A stretch of 64,000 nt of DNA from Phallusia mammillata (taxonomy: Eukaryota), in the NCBI GenBank assembly GCA_965637545.1, contig OZ281499.1:25978001-26042000 (forward strand). Reading direction: 5' to 3'. Under the pieces are notes generated by a model that was given only the letters and a program-made list of their open reading frames with translations, had not been told where the DNA came from and made no database searches. The stretch's first letter is position 1. Each line of letters starts with the position of its first letter. Made by a program: the position numbers and the translations under genes. Below are positions 37,321-49,504 of the stretch, piece after piece.

Positions 37321-37479
37321 GTAAAGTGGAGAAATAAAGAAAGTCGGCAACGATGTGCTTGGATTTCGGGCGCAAAGCAGTTAAAAGTTCGCCAAAGTCA
37401 CATGAAAAAAATTTTAAAAAATGTTCGGAATTAATCCTCAGGAGCTTCCTGAGTTTTAATCTTGTAAATAAAATCGATT

Positions 37480-38035
37480 TCAGGATTCGTCTTCGTGAAA
37501 AAAACACCTTTCAAAACAAAACACAAAACTAACTATTTTAAACATGTTGCAATACCAACTTGCTCTGATCGAAAATGTTTGGCTGGAACAACCACCCAAG
37601 TTGGAAGTGCAGCAGCAACTGGAAGTTTGACTCTTCAGCATTGTGCAAGTGGAGAAATGTGTGGAAGAAAAGAAACAACAACCACAAGCGGAGGTAAATG
37701 ATAATTGTTGTATTCTATACAGACAGATATTAACATCATTTTACGTGTTTAGACACTTCTACAGTGGTAACAGTTGGATCTTGCAGCACAGCAGCGGAAT
37801 GCAACGTTGGAAACATGCTTTACAACGAGTGAATGGGATATATAAGGGAAAAATACCTTTTCATTTAACCAATCATACCGAAAAGTCTAAAACTAGAAAA
37901 AAAAACTAACTGGAGTGTTAAGTACTTTAAAAAACATGTTTTAAATGCATGGTTACAGGTTGCATCGAATATTGCTGTGACACTGACAGTTGCAACTCCG
38001 CCGCTGTCACTACAACAACCACAACCACCACAACT
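37480..38035 (+). pseudogene. Deletion-derived LU-family pseudogene (3' end of a gene C-like copy)
   Basis: 37480-37570 matches gene C intron 2 (31305-31390), fused to mid last-domain exon 37573-37693. Short exon 37753-37828 has Cys-to-Tyr. Terminal-exon acceptor is mutated (tgcag to tgcat). Thr tract joins directly to 3'-flank sequence, deleting the GPI signal. Confidence 0.88.
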
Positions 38036-38878
38036 TTACAACGTCAAATACAAGTGTATATCTTTCAGCTGTGGTTTACGAAGTGGACAACGTCAGCTCA
38101 TGTGCACTAAAACGCCTGATTGTTATTTTTAAACATAGAACATGCAGTAGTTTGAATCATAGTACGTCAGGGGTATTAAAAGTGCTATGCCAAATCAAGC
38201 CGCTTTTGCAAGTAATGAACCGTTTGGTTTGCGTCTGTAAAGGGATCATTAACGGAGGGTTGCGATTTGAAGCGATTAACTGTATAAATATAGGCTAGCC
38301 GTCTCAAGCATTTAAAACTGGAATAGGCCGACAGTAATAACAAAACACAAAACAAATACAGCTCGAAAAGAAATTAGTTTTGGTGAACATGAAATGTATG
38401 TTAACTGACATGCGACAAGTTGGTTTTATTGTTATATAAAACCAGATACAATCATAGGTCCTTCATTTTCCTCGTCTCATAGAAGGCAAGTACGAAGATT
38501 CAAAGCGTGGAGTAAGAAAAAGGCAATGACGTCTACAACAAATCCTCTCTAGAAGAACCGAGCAGGAGATCCACGTGCTATACTACAGTTCCAATTCTGT
38601 CTCAAATGTTGAAGCAGTAACAAAATCACAAGCACACCGCTAACAACAACAAAACAAACATTTCAGTTTCAAAACAGCTGCATTAGTCACAATAACTTTG
38701 TTTAGCGTTGTTAATTTGAGTGATTAAAAAATGTGCATTGCACAGGAGCTAATACAGATTTTTAGTCGCACATCCTAATGGTTGTTAAATGTACAAGTAG
38801 GACAACTTTACAAATCTTAAACGGTTGTTTAACGAATCTGTTTTAGACCGACCAAGTGCAATAGAAGGAAAAGACTTC

Positions 38879-39096
38879 AATTAAAGTGAACAGGGGCACG
38901 AAATAAACGCCGATCCTCACCGCACACGACCAGTCAACACGTGGAAGCGACCTTTGGAAAATTTCTAATGGCGCTGAGCGAGGGAAAAAAGAAAAGTTTT
39001 GGGGTAATCAGACTCCCTTGAATGAGTCGGGACGCAGCGATGTAGTGAATATAAGGAGGGGGCTGCCACGTTTTTGTTCAGTTCAGTGGACTTACA
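38879..39096 (+). promoter_or_regulatory. Core promoter plus micro first exon of gene D
   Basis: CACGTG 38938, GGAAAATTTC 38956, gactc-N8-gagtc, TATAAG 39050, Inr TCAGTT with A at 39080 (exactly 30 nt), donor gtaagt 39097, acceptor tgcag 39515. Confidence 0.75.
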
Positions 39097-39563
39097 GTAA
39101 GTGTAGAAATAAAGAAAGTCGGCAACGATGTGCTTGGATTTCGGGCGCAAACGAGAAAGATTTTGCGGCGAAGTGGTAGCTCAATTTAGTGAGTAAAATA
39201 AATCTGCAAAAGGCTCACAACACCAGTTTCGTGTATGACTTATAAATTTTTATCGTTTAAATACGACTAACTAGGAAGTTTTGTTGTGAAATTGCTACAA
39301 ACTTCGGGAAAAGAAGTTGGTTAGAGGAGATAAAAAATATGTACTGTTTATAGACAGAAAATTCAAAAAATTTAAAAACTCGGTCAATGACGTTTTCAAA
39401 TATTTAAAGTGACCAAAGTTGTGTGCGCATGTTGGGATGGCCTGAATACTGCGGGCAAACTTGTCATTAACTTACTCATTATTGTCAGTGATATATTTGA
39501 GCAAGTATGTTGCAGATACATTTGGATTTATTTCATCCAATATATTATCTTAAATCCAAAAAC

Positions 39564-42500
39564 ATGGGTCAAGTACGTGCAGCCGTACTGTTGGCTGTTT
39601 TCTTGTGTGGCGTTTCGTTCAGTGATGCTCAGCCTGCGACATGTCTGGTTGGTACTGCTGGTGGTATAACTCAAACTAGCTGTGATAACAATGAACTCTT
39701 TTGCGGAAGAACCGAAACTGCTAGTGGCGGTAAGTCGTAACTTGGGACAAAATTATGATTTGTTTACAAGTGTGTTCGTGTATTGTAAGTAAAGTCGGTT
39801 GTAAAGATAAAATGATTGTAAATCGGCATAACATTAAAACACATAATATGTCAGTACAAGTGTACATGTTTATTTTTAACTAATACTGTGTATTTTTTAG
39901 ATCCTACAGGCGCATGTGTCGCAGATCTGGCCGCTTGCGACGCTCAATGCGCCGGAATGACGTAAGTAGAAATTAAATTAAAATATTCCAAATATGCAAA
40001 AAATGCCGCAATGGACATGTGCTTAGTAACGGTTAAGCGCAATTACCGAGACTTTTTTGGTCACTGCGAAGTAAGACGTTTTGTTGCATTGAGTTTGCCT
40101 GTAACGCTTATTTTAGGGGCTGTGTATCGGCTTGCTGCAATGATGCTGTCGACTGCAACACCGGGGTCGCAGCAATGAGAGGAACAGTGACATGTGGGGT
40201 TGGGGTACATGACGGCAGCGCGTTCGCTACCCCTGCAATGGCGTGTGACGCGGGAGATCTGTGTGGAAGGAAGGAAGTAACAGCGAACAATGGTGGTAAG
40301 AATATGCAGCCAACATCATAGTGTTTCTTTTGCAATAAATAAATAAAATATGTGAAACTATTTTGGCTGACAACAACGATTAATAAACTTGAACTAAAAA
40401 TAAAAACGAAAAAATGGAAGTAAACTGGTTTAAAGCTCACAGAGTTTCTAAGTTGACTGCTTTTTCAAAAGCAAATGCCATTGCATTTATTAAAAACATA
40501 CCTTTCACAGATGTAACCACCACTGGATCTTGTTCAACTGTGGCTGAATGTGAGGCACTCTGCGATAGTGACACGTAAGTGATGTTGAGTTTCTTTAAAC
40601 ACTTAGAAAATTCGGTATGCCACAAACACAAACAAAACGGATTTTTTAGATCAAATAAGTCCAGTGTCAGCAGGTTTAGATATTTTTTACATGTAGTCTG
40701 ATATTTTTACCATAGGAATTGTGTATCGGCATGTTGCAATGATGCTGACACCTGCAACACTCGGACAGTGACGCAGATGAGCAACATTGTGCGATGTGGA
40801 ACTGGTGCAAGCGCCACTGCAACACTGTTGACTTGTGCAGCTGGATCGCTTTGTGGAAGAAAGGAGGTTGGAGGCAGTAAGTGTGATTTGCAATGCTCAG
40901 TTTAAAGGTCGCAAGACCTGCTACAATACTTATGAATCGTACTAAAAGTTTGTATTTAATTGAAGCTCCAACAGTCACCGGAACATGTTCAACTCAAGCA
41001 GAATGCGATGCCCTGTGTGCTGATACTACGTAAGTTTGGAATAATGTTATAGCGGGGGGAAATTGCTTTACCACAGTTTTGGAAAATGTGGCAGAAGGTT
41101 CTGCAAATCAAATATAATTTGTTTTTCAATGCATTGCTAGGGTATTTATAATATACAAATGGGCCGAAGACAATGAGCAATCGAAGCCAGTTGATTAAAC
41201 GAATGTTAAATTTTTTAAATAAAACAGGAATATCGGAACCATCCGGCGCATAACAAGTTATGTTATTTAACCTGAATTAGGATTTCTACCATAAGCAAAC
41301 AAATTTAAGCATTATACTGTTTACAGAGACTGCACAGCTGCATGCTGCAACAATGCTGATGACTGCAACAGCCGAACAGTAGCAGAGATCGAAGCCAAAA
41401 TTGTATGTGGAACTGGAACTTGGGCTAACAATGCATTTCCTGCAGCCACTACTTGTGCCGCTGACGAGCTTTGCGCACGAACAGAAACAACATCAGGTTC
41501 AAGTGAGTGTCAGATACATACCTTGGTCATAACAACAATCGGTTGTACGTTACCAACACATAAAACTTGCAAACACATGATGCTTGTACAAATTTATGCA
41601 GTAACACTAGCAGATATCCCGAAGCTACTCTTGCTACAAAAGCGGGGAATAAGTTACCACATCTGATACATTGCCTTTACATTTAAAACACACTTTACAA
41701 ACTGCTGTCTGTAAAGTTCAGAAGTATACGCTATAAAGCTGTGTTTGAGTCAAAAGAAACGTCACTACCAGGACATCGGCATTTTGTTTGGAACGTTGGT
41801 GTCTTATTTCAATTTTTTAAATAAGACATTTCTCTTTCACAGCCACCACCATTGTCGGATCGTGTCAGACTCAGACAGCATGTGAGGGACTTTGCGACAG
41901 TGCAACGTGAGTTACGTGGCTTAAGCATAGATTGACACAAGTATTAATTTAACCTTATAAATGGATACTTCAAACATAAGTTTCGTATTGCGCTTAAAAT
42001 GTAATTTACTTTTGTAAACTACTTTCAAAAAATATCAAGCACATAATATTTGATCAGGTGTTGTTTATTTGCATGGAATAGGAACAAAATATGCTTTATA
42101 CCTCCCAGGTTTGCTAACATAGATAAAAACACAGATTTAGCACACTTTTGATTTAACATCACACTCCTAAACGGTAACTACTTTTTTGAGTTTAAGATAT
42201 CTAAGTTAAATATCAACATCGCAATATTATCAGGGGTTGTATATCGGCTTGCTGCAAGGATGGGGATTATTGCAACACTCGGGATGTAGCAGATATAGAC
42301 AACGTGGTTCTGTGTGGGACTGGAGCTGACCCAACTGCTGCATCAATGACATGTGCTGTTGGATCGCTATGTGGGCGAACATTAACTACAAGTAGGAAAT
42401 AAATCATGTTGTGGTTTATTAGAAAAGTTTTTTTACTGGTAGATATTTGTAGGCACTATTGCTGGAACTTGCTCGACCCAGGCTGAATGTGACAGTCTAT

Positions 42501-45441
42501 GTGCCGGCACTGGGTAAGTTTGGACGATTTGGTTATTGAATGTTTTTGAATTCAAAAAGGCCCTTAGAAAACCCAAAGTAAAGTGTTCTGTAAAAGAGCT
42601 TTTATTTTTTTGACCTGTGCGATATGATTCTTGCATTTCGAATTGTATGTTGTCACGTTACCCTTTTATCTCTTTCTTTAATTTAATTTTACAGAAGCTG
42701 CACATCAGCTTGTTGCAGTGACTCAGACAATTGTAACACCCGAACAGTAGTACAGATTGCAGGTAGAATAAGATGTGGGACTGGAACTTGGGCTAACAAC
42801 GCATTTCCTACTGCTACCACTTGTGCCGCTAACGAGCTCTGCGCAAGGACAGAAGTGTCAGGAGGTAAATAAACCAAACTTAATTTAGCAAACTGACATT
42901 TCCTTTCGAGTTTATACGATAATCCGTTTGGCCAAAAACCTAAACTGATGACTTTTTACTTGTACCGACAACCACACACAATAAATATTCCAACAGTTTA
43001 ACGTGTAACCCAAGTTGTGCATAGTGCAAAGTTCTACTTTGTAAAATGCCCAATCTTATTTCCAGGTGCTACAGAAGGATCGTGCCAGACACAAGCTGGA
43101 TGTGACTTGCTCTGTGCTGGAGTCACGTGAGTAGAATTTTCAACATACATAAAAATTGCTGCATCTTGTGATAAAATCTAACTCGCCAGTTATTTTTACT
43201 TTTACATTTATCTTGCGTTCATCGTTTTGCTTAACAACCTGCCTAGGTAGAAAAACATAAAATGTTAGATATTTTGCAGGGGTTGCACATCTGCATGTTG
43301 CAACGATGGAGATTTTTGCAACAGTCTCGCTGTAACTGACATAGTAGATGTGGTGCGATGTGCTACAGGATCCGTAACTGATGGAACACTCACTGGAACA
43401 ATGGTCTGCGCGTCCACAGAAAAATGCAGAAGACGTGAAACTACTTCGGGTATGAAACAGAGACAAACTTGTTTGAATGTTTAATCATACGAAATTACAA
43501 ACAACTAAATATGTTTAGGCGACGCTGTTACAACTGTTGGAGAATGTCTTGCTGACGGAACGTCTTGTGATGATTCGTGTGCTTCACCGTAAGTTAAAGT
43601 TAGCCAACGCCACAATGACAAGGATTTTTAGTTTTACCAAAGCAACAAAACGTCACATCGCAAAATCAACATTTGACATTTTCATACAATCAGCGTCAGA
43701 TAAAATCACTCACTGAGACTTTAATAACCACTTTGACAATTTTGCAGAGATTGTGTTGCTGCATGCTGCACAAACGACTTGTGCAATACCTTGACAGTCG
43801 CTGTACAGACAGGTATAATTTGTATGGTTGGAACAACTACTACAGTTGGAAGCAACGCCGCAACTGGAAGCATGGTGGCCACTCATTGCAATCCCAATAT
43901 GTTCTGTGGAAGAACTGAAACAACCACAACAGCAGGTAAAAACATCGTGCGGTTTAAGTCACAAAGTATCCGTCGGAATTTTTTAACAAAACCACAATTT
44001 TCAGACAACATGGACACAGTGGTTGTTGTAGGATCATGTCAAGCTTCAGCAGGCTCATGCGACTTGCTCTGTGCAGATGACTCGTAAGTTAACAAGCTCA
44101 CACATTCTACAAAAATCAACATGATCAATAATGCACAATTTGTAGAAACTGCGTTCGCGCATGCTGCAACGATGCGGACGGTTGCAACAGTGTTACGGTT
44201 GCTATGATGACAAGCACGCTGACTTGCTACACAGGAACGGTCTCTGGAACAACTTTAACCGCAACAACGGCCTGCACCACAGCAAATCACGTTTGTGCCA
44301 GAACAGAAACGACAACCGGAACGGGAAGTAAGTGTGATCAAATCTTAAAAACAAACGTAGAAAACTAAAAAACAACTGATGTACTTGCCTATTTGCTTTG
44401 CTCAGTCCAACCAATTCACTCAATTGTAATGTTTTTAGATTCAGCCGCAGTTGCAACCGTTGGATCGTGTCAAGCTCAGAGCGCATGTGCAACATTGTGT
44501 GGCTCAACTCCGTAAGTTTTATATGAGATATACGTTCATCTCATTGATCATTTATAGAATATTATATATTCACGATTACCTATATTAAACACCATTCAGC
44601 TTTTATTAAACACCACAACGACAAGGGGGTATTATAACCGGCAACACATTTTTCACAGAAATTGTGTGAGTGCTTGCTGCAGCAGTTCGGATCTCTGCAA
44701 CAGTTTAACAGTGAGCCAACAAACAGCCCGAAACTGTTACGTTGGAAGTTCAACTTCAGACACACCAGTTATGGATATGACTTACACTCGGTGTGCTGCA
44801 TCCGAACAGTGCGGAAGAACTCAAACCTCTGCAACATCTGGAAGTAAGTCTTGTGCGACGTTAATGCTATTTTTTCTCATGTACGAACCCTGACTAAAGT
44901 ACTGGCAAACGGCATTTACTCAATGTTATGAACTAAATGAATGAAACGAGGACATATACTTTTGCAGACATTTTTTCTAATGCTTTGCTAATGTTTAGGT
45001 ACAACAACAGTGACTACAGTTGGATCTTGTACAGCAGCAACTGCATGCGACACACTTTGTGGAACGTAAGTTTGAGAAAAAATATAATCATAAATTGATG
45101 CTACTTTATCAAATTTCAAGCAAACCTTTGCCCTTAACGTGTACGTAAATGTATTCATACAAACTTTGTCCCATCATAGGTGATAATAACATCATTGTCT
45201 TGTAACATGCATATTAACATACAAGCAGCAAAACATGATTATGTTATTTCACAGGGCGGCAAACTGCGTATCAACTTGCTGTGACACTGATGGTTGCAAC
45301 TCTGCCGCTATTGCCACAACAACAACCACGACTACAACCACTGCTGCAGCCACAACAACCACTGGTGGTGCTGAACATGCAGCACAAATTAATATGTTGG
45401 TGATGATGGGTCTTGTGGTTCTCGGTTGGTTCATGGCTTAA
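39564..45441 (+). CDS. Gene D: signal peptide + 10 LU-like domains + Thr stalk + GPI tail, intact
   Basis: Exons 39564-39729, 39901-39961, 40117-40295, 40511-40574, 40716-40876, 40966-41029, 41327-41502, 41843-41906, 42234-42391, 42453-42513, 42695-42864, 43066-43126, 43280-43449, 43519-43588, 43748-43935, 44005-44083, 44146-44327, 44439-44511, 44659-44843, 44999-45065, 45255-45441. Confidence 0.9.
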
Positions 45442-45741
45442 TCGATGTGTTTCCAATGCATCATCATTACTGTGTTTGTGTGATTTAGAGAATATATATC
45501 CAAGTTTAAACTACTTTTTTACGTTGCACATGGATTTCAACCTACTGTGAAGTGTGTTAATGTAAGCTGTGTCTCAGTGTTATGATATATTTGAACTGTT
45601 TCTGTACATTCCAAAAGCGTTAAAATTTTCAAACTTTAAATACAACAGTAAAAATTTCAGCATAGTGTCTGTTGTTTACGAGGTAGAAAATATTGAATCT
45701 TGCACACCAAACTTTTGATGCTAAAAGAAAACGTAGAACAT

Positions 45742-47034
45742 AACTAGAAGGGTGGCTTAGCACATATTGCCCTTGCACATACACTATGATCTATTTTAAA
45801 ACATAAATATATTTCCTATGCTTATTTTGTATTGGATCCCATATTAGCCATCGTCTTTTATAACCTTGATTGTTTCAGCAAGCAAAAACTTGTGGGTCCC
45901 CACACATGCAAAGATGAAAATAATGCAATTCAATAGATAACAATGAGTAAGTTTGGTATTGTGAAGACAAACACAGTGATTGGTGCTGTGCACATCTAAA
46001 TATGCTATATGGAGTAAAAACTATTTAAATTAAAAAACTCATTTTAGGGAGCTAGTAGGATAACTGATTGCGATTCAACACACACAAACTTAAAAGTAGG
46101 AAACCATAATGACTCAATCAATAGTACTGCAAAATTTCATTCCAATCTGCCAACGTTTAATATTTCAACCACTAGAGGTGCTTTGAGCAACAACCGTTAA
46201 TGTTTCTGACGTCAAAGGGCTGTTAACAACCCCGAACTGCAATGCCGCAATAACGATAATTGGCATAGTTTACAAGCTATCCAAATTTTAACCAATTCTG
46301 ACATTGTTTACAAACTCACCCCTTTTAGGGGGCTAGCGGGGTAAATACTAGCGTTATCCGGATAAACAAAGTGGGATGCACATCTACATAACTATATCTA
46401 CCATCTGTATAAGTTTCAGCCACATCCATCAAGCATTTTATAGAAAAACGAGTCGGACAAACTTTAGGGGGAAAATACCTATTTTAGGGGGCTAGCGGGG
46501 TAAATACTGGGGTTATCGACAAAAACGAAGTGGGATGCACATCTAGATAACTACATCTACCATCTGTGTAAATTTCAGCCGAATCCATCAAACATTTGAT
46601 AGAAAAACGAGTCGGACAAACTTTAGGGGGAAAGTACCTATTTTAGGGGGCTAGCGAAATAAATACTGGGGTTATCGACAAAAACGAAGTGGAATGCACA
46701 TCTACATAACTACATCTACCATCTGTATAAGTTTCAGCCAAATTCATCCAACATTTGATGGAAAAACGAGTCGTACAAACTTCGGGGAAAAATACACATT
46801 TTAGGAGGCTAGCGGGATAAATACTGGGGTTATCAACAAACACAAAGTGGGATGCACATCTACATAACTTCATCTACCATCTGTGTAAATTTCATCCAAG
46901 TCCATCAAGGATTTGATGGAAAAACGAGTCGGACAAACTTTGGGTAGAAGAAAAAAAAAGAAAAAAACAAGAAAAAAACAAACATTTTGAGTAAAATCAA
47001 TATGTGTCCCCTTCAGGGAAGCAGGCCCATAATA
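45742..47034 (+). mobile_element. Non-autonomous Helentron/DINE-like element with internal satellite
   Basis: Starts aactag; sub-TIR gcacatattg (45760) vs caatatgtgt (46998); short 3' hairpin cccttcaggg then ataataa; internal aaatttcatcc..atcc motifs typical of such elements. Confidence 0.6.
46323..46945. repeat. About 159-bp tandem repeat, about 3.9 copies
   Basis: Units begin ttttagggggctagcggggtaaatac at 46323, 46482, 46641 and 46799. Confidence 0.95.
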
Positions 47035-47817
47035 AACTGCTTGACCGTGATTTGAAACACAAACCTTATAATAGTTTAAATCATAAGACATGCTTGATAA
47101 AAGTGACTGGAAACAAATCAGCTATTCGAACGGATAATCAGCTTTTAAAACTTTTTTGTTTGAACTACTTTCTTGTTAAATTAATAGTTGAACACTTACC
47201 AATAAAATGCAATTTTTGGAGTGTACGGTCATTATTTAAGCATTTAAGCCGCAATTTAAGTCAATTGTTTACCTTACTACGCTTTGCACTCGTGTTATGG
47301 AAGTGGGGCCTTAAAAAACTGAAACAACAGCGATTCAGTCGACGTCATCAAGAATGTAGCAATTAGGGAGTTTAGACATTTGCAAACAAAGTATTTATCC
47401 CCCCAGGTATGGCATGTCCAGCTGGGGTTAAAGTGATGGTCTTATACAATGCGATTTTGATGCAATAAGTTTCAAGATTTGCAGAGCCCAATACTTAATG
47501 CAGTACCCGAAAATCTTGTTAAATATACCTCGAAAAAAAGTTAAATTGATTTTGTAAACACGTAAATATATGTTATATAGTAAGCGAAAGGGTTTTCTAC
47601 AATCAGGTATTCCGCCCTAATTAAAGCTAAGAAAAAGCACGAAGCTAAGAAGCGTGAAGACAGAAAAAGGCAAATTGACTTTTCTTTTTCTAGCCTGGAG
47701 CGAGCAAGAGATTCACGTGGTAACAGTGTTGCTCTGATTCCATCTTTACAGTTAAAGCAGTAACAAAGCCGACAAGCACCGCACTAACAGCAACCAACAC
47801 AAAACCTTTACCCAGAA

Positions 47818-48159
47818 TAGGGGTCGCTAACCTGTGACTCTTCGATCCCACTGCTGCGGCCCAATTTCAGTTATTACAAAATCTTTACAATATTTAATTA
47901 TGCCGCCATAAAAGTCGAAAACGAAAATTGCAGTGCAAAAACATGACGGTGTCCGCTTCTAGTATTTAGCTACAACGGCGTTTCTACATACCATGAAACG
48001 TAAAGTATGAAAGAGACAAACTGGCAGCATTTTACCGCCAAAAAAACCTCATATGTAGTGGCAGTACATTTTAAAAGGGCTTTGTGGCTTCCACTGTTTT
48101 AACTGTGTAAAATGGGTCCAAACAAACGGCTTATTGAGTGGAAAGGTTGGCGACCCCTG
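47818..48159. mobile_element. hAT (Charlie-like) MITE interrupting the conserved spacer block
   Basis: TIRs taggggtcgctaacct / aggttggcgacccctg; flanks acccagaa / acctagta (6/8); homology to the 36.7-37.0 kb spacer resumes on both sides. Confidence 0.75.
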
Positions 48160-48415
48160 ACCTAGTATAAGAGCTGCATGAACACAATAAATAATTTTAA
48201 ATAAAATTACTGTGAGTGATTAAATTTATTTGGTTTGCTACATACGTGTACATTGCATGAAAGCTAGTACAGATTTTAAATCGCACATGGAAAATGTAAT
48301 GGTCTAATTCATATACGTAGACCATTTTTTTAATTGTGAAACTGGTGCTTGAACGAGGGTTAAGACCAACCAAGTGTTACAGAAGAAAAGTCATTGTGCA
48401 CTAACGGGAAGATTA

Positions 48416-48652
48416 AATTGAAGTAAACTGGAGCCCAACACCAGCAACGACAAAATCACGAGAAAAACGCCGATCCTCACCGCACACCACTAGTCAACAC
48501 GTGGAAACGATCCCTGAAAAATTTCTAATGGCGCTGTGCGAGAGAAAAAGTTTTGGGGTAATCAGACTCCCTTGAAAGAGTCGGGACGCTACAATGTAGT
48601 GAATATAAGGAGGGAACTGCCACGTTTTTGTGCAGTTGGGTTTGAGTTTACG
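48416..48652 (+). promoter_or_regulatory. Core promoter plus micro first exon of gene E
   Basis: CACGTG 48498, TATAAG 48604, gcAgtt with A at 48634 (30 nt), donor gtgaag 48653, acceptor atag 49434. Confidence 0.72.
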
Positions 48653-49504
48653 GTGAAGTGGGAAGAAAGAGATCGGCATTGCTAAGTTTGAGACAGAACG
48701 TGTCAGTGTTAGGCGGCAAATTGATTCGAAATTTTCGGGGGTTAAAAGGGAGTGCAGTCGTAGTCGCCTTTTAAGCTTGTTTTTTTAGACACAAAAAGAA
48801 GTCTTAATCTTAGCATGGTTTTAATGTACATGCCTTTTAAAAAGTTTTTTTTTCTTGACCGAAACGCCCAGTTTTTGGAAAAAAAACATTTTGTGGGGAG
48901 AACGCTGTGTAAGAAAAATGTTGCTGTATATAAGCTATTGCTGCCAGGCTAAATACCAAGTTTAAAGAGCTCTTCTGGCAAATCTGGCACATTTGCCATG
49001 CCAGAAGAGCACTTTAAACTTGAAAAATGTTGCTGGTTAGCAATTTGGAGCGTTAAAGGGCACCGACTTTCTGAAGTTAATTGTATGAGCAAACGCAGGT
49101 TAAGAACATCAGGTGTAGAAATAAAATTGTGTGTGTACAGTTCAACTTTTACATGTGGTGCGAAGTCGGCGACTTAGCAAAGTTAATGGAAGCAAATTTT
49201 CAATCTAAAAATGCAGATTACCAAATCACAATGTGACATTGATTTTTGTGAAACCAGATCTATTTGGTTAAGCATTGCTTAAAATGTGGACCCAAAAATC
49301 TTTGCGTAGTGTAGAAAAGTTCTCGTTCTAGCAGGAAAAATATTCGTGTTTTTTCGCACAAAGTAAACTTTTCATTTTTTGCTAACAATATAACAAAGTG
49401 CTTTATGTTCAATAAAAACGTTCTATTTTCATAGAATTATTGAGTACAGGATTTGTCACAAACTTGTCGTAAATAATCGACCACTTGAAACACCGAAACA
49501 AAAA

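Larger units (their letters stand above)
36250..39150 (+). repeat. Tandem duplication of the intergenic spacer plus promoter (about 36250-37390 vs 38035-39150)
   Basis: Shared blocks in the same order, e.g. tttacaacgtcaaatacaa, ctcgaaaagaaatt.gttttggtgaacatgaaat, gtacgaag...aagcgtg, and the promoter element. Confidence 0.85.

Noticed and set aside
39080-39096. Micro first exons as spliced-leader (SL) RNA genes
   Set aside because: Length is SL-like, but the sequences differ among copies, do not match the Ciona-type leader I recall, and show no evident Sm-site/stem-loop SL RNA structure. Treated as cis-spliced 5'UTR exons.
46323-46945. CRISPR-like array
   Set aside because: Units are contiguous 159-bp tandem repeats without unique spacers, in a eukaryotic context with no cas genes.
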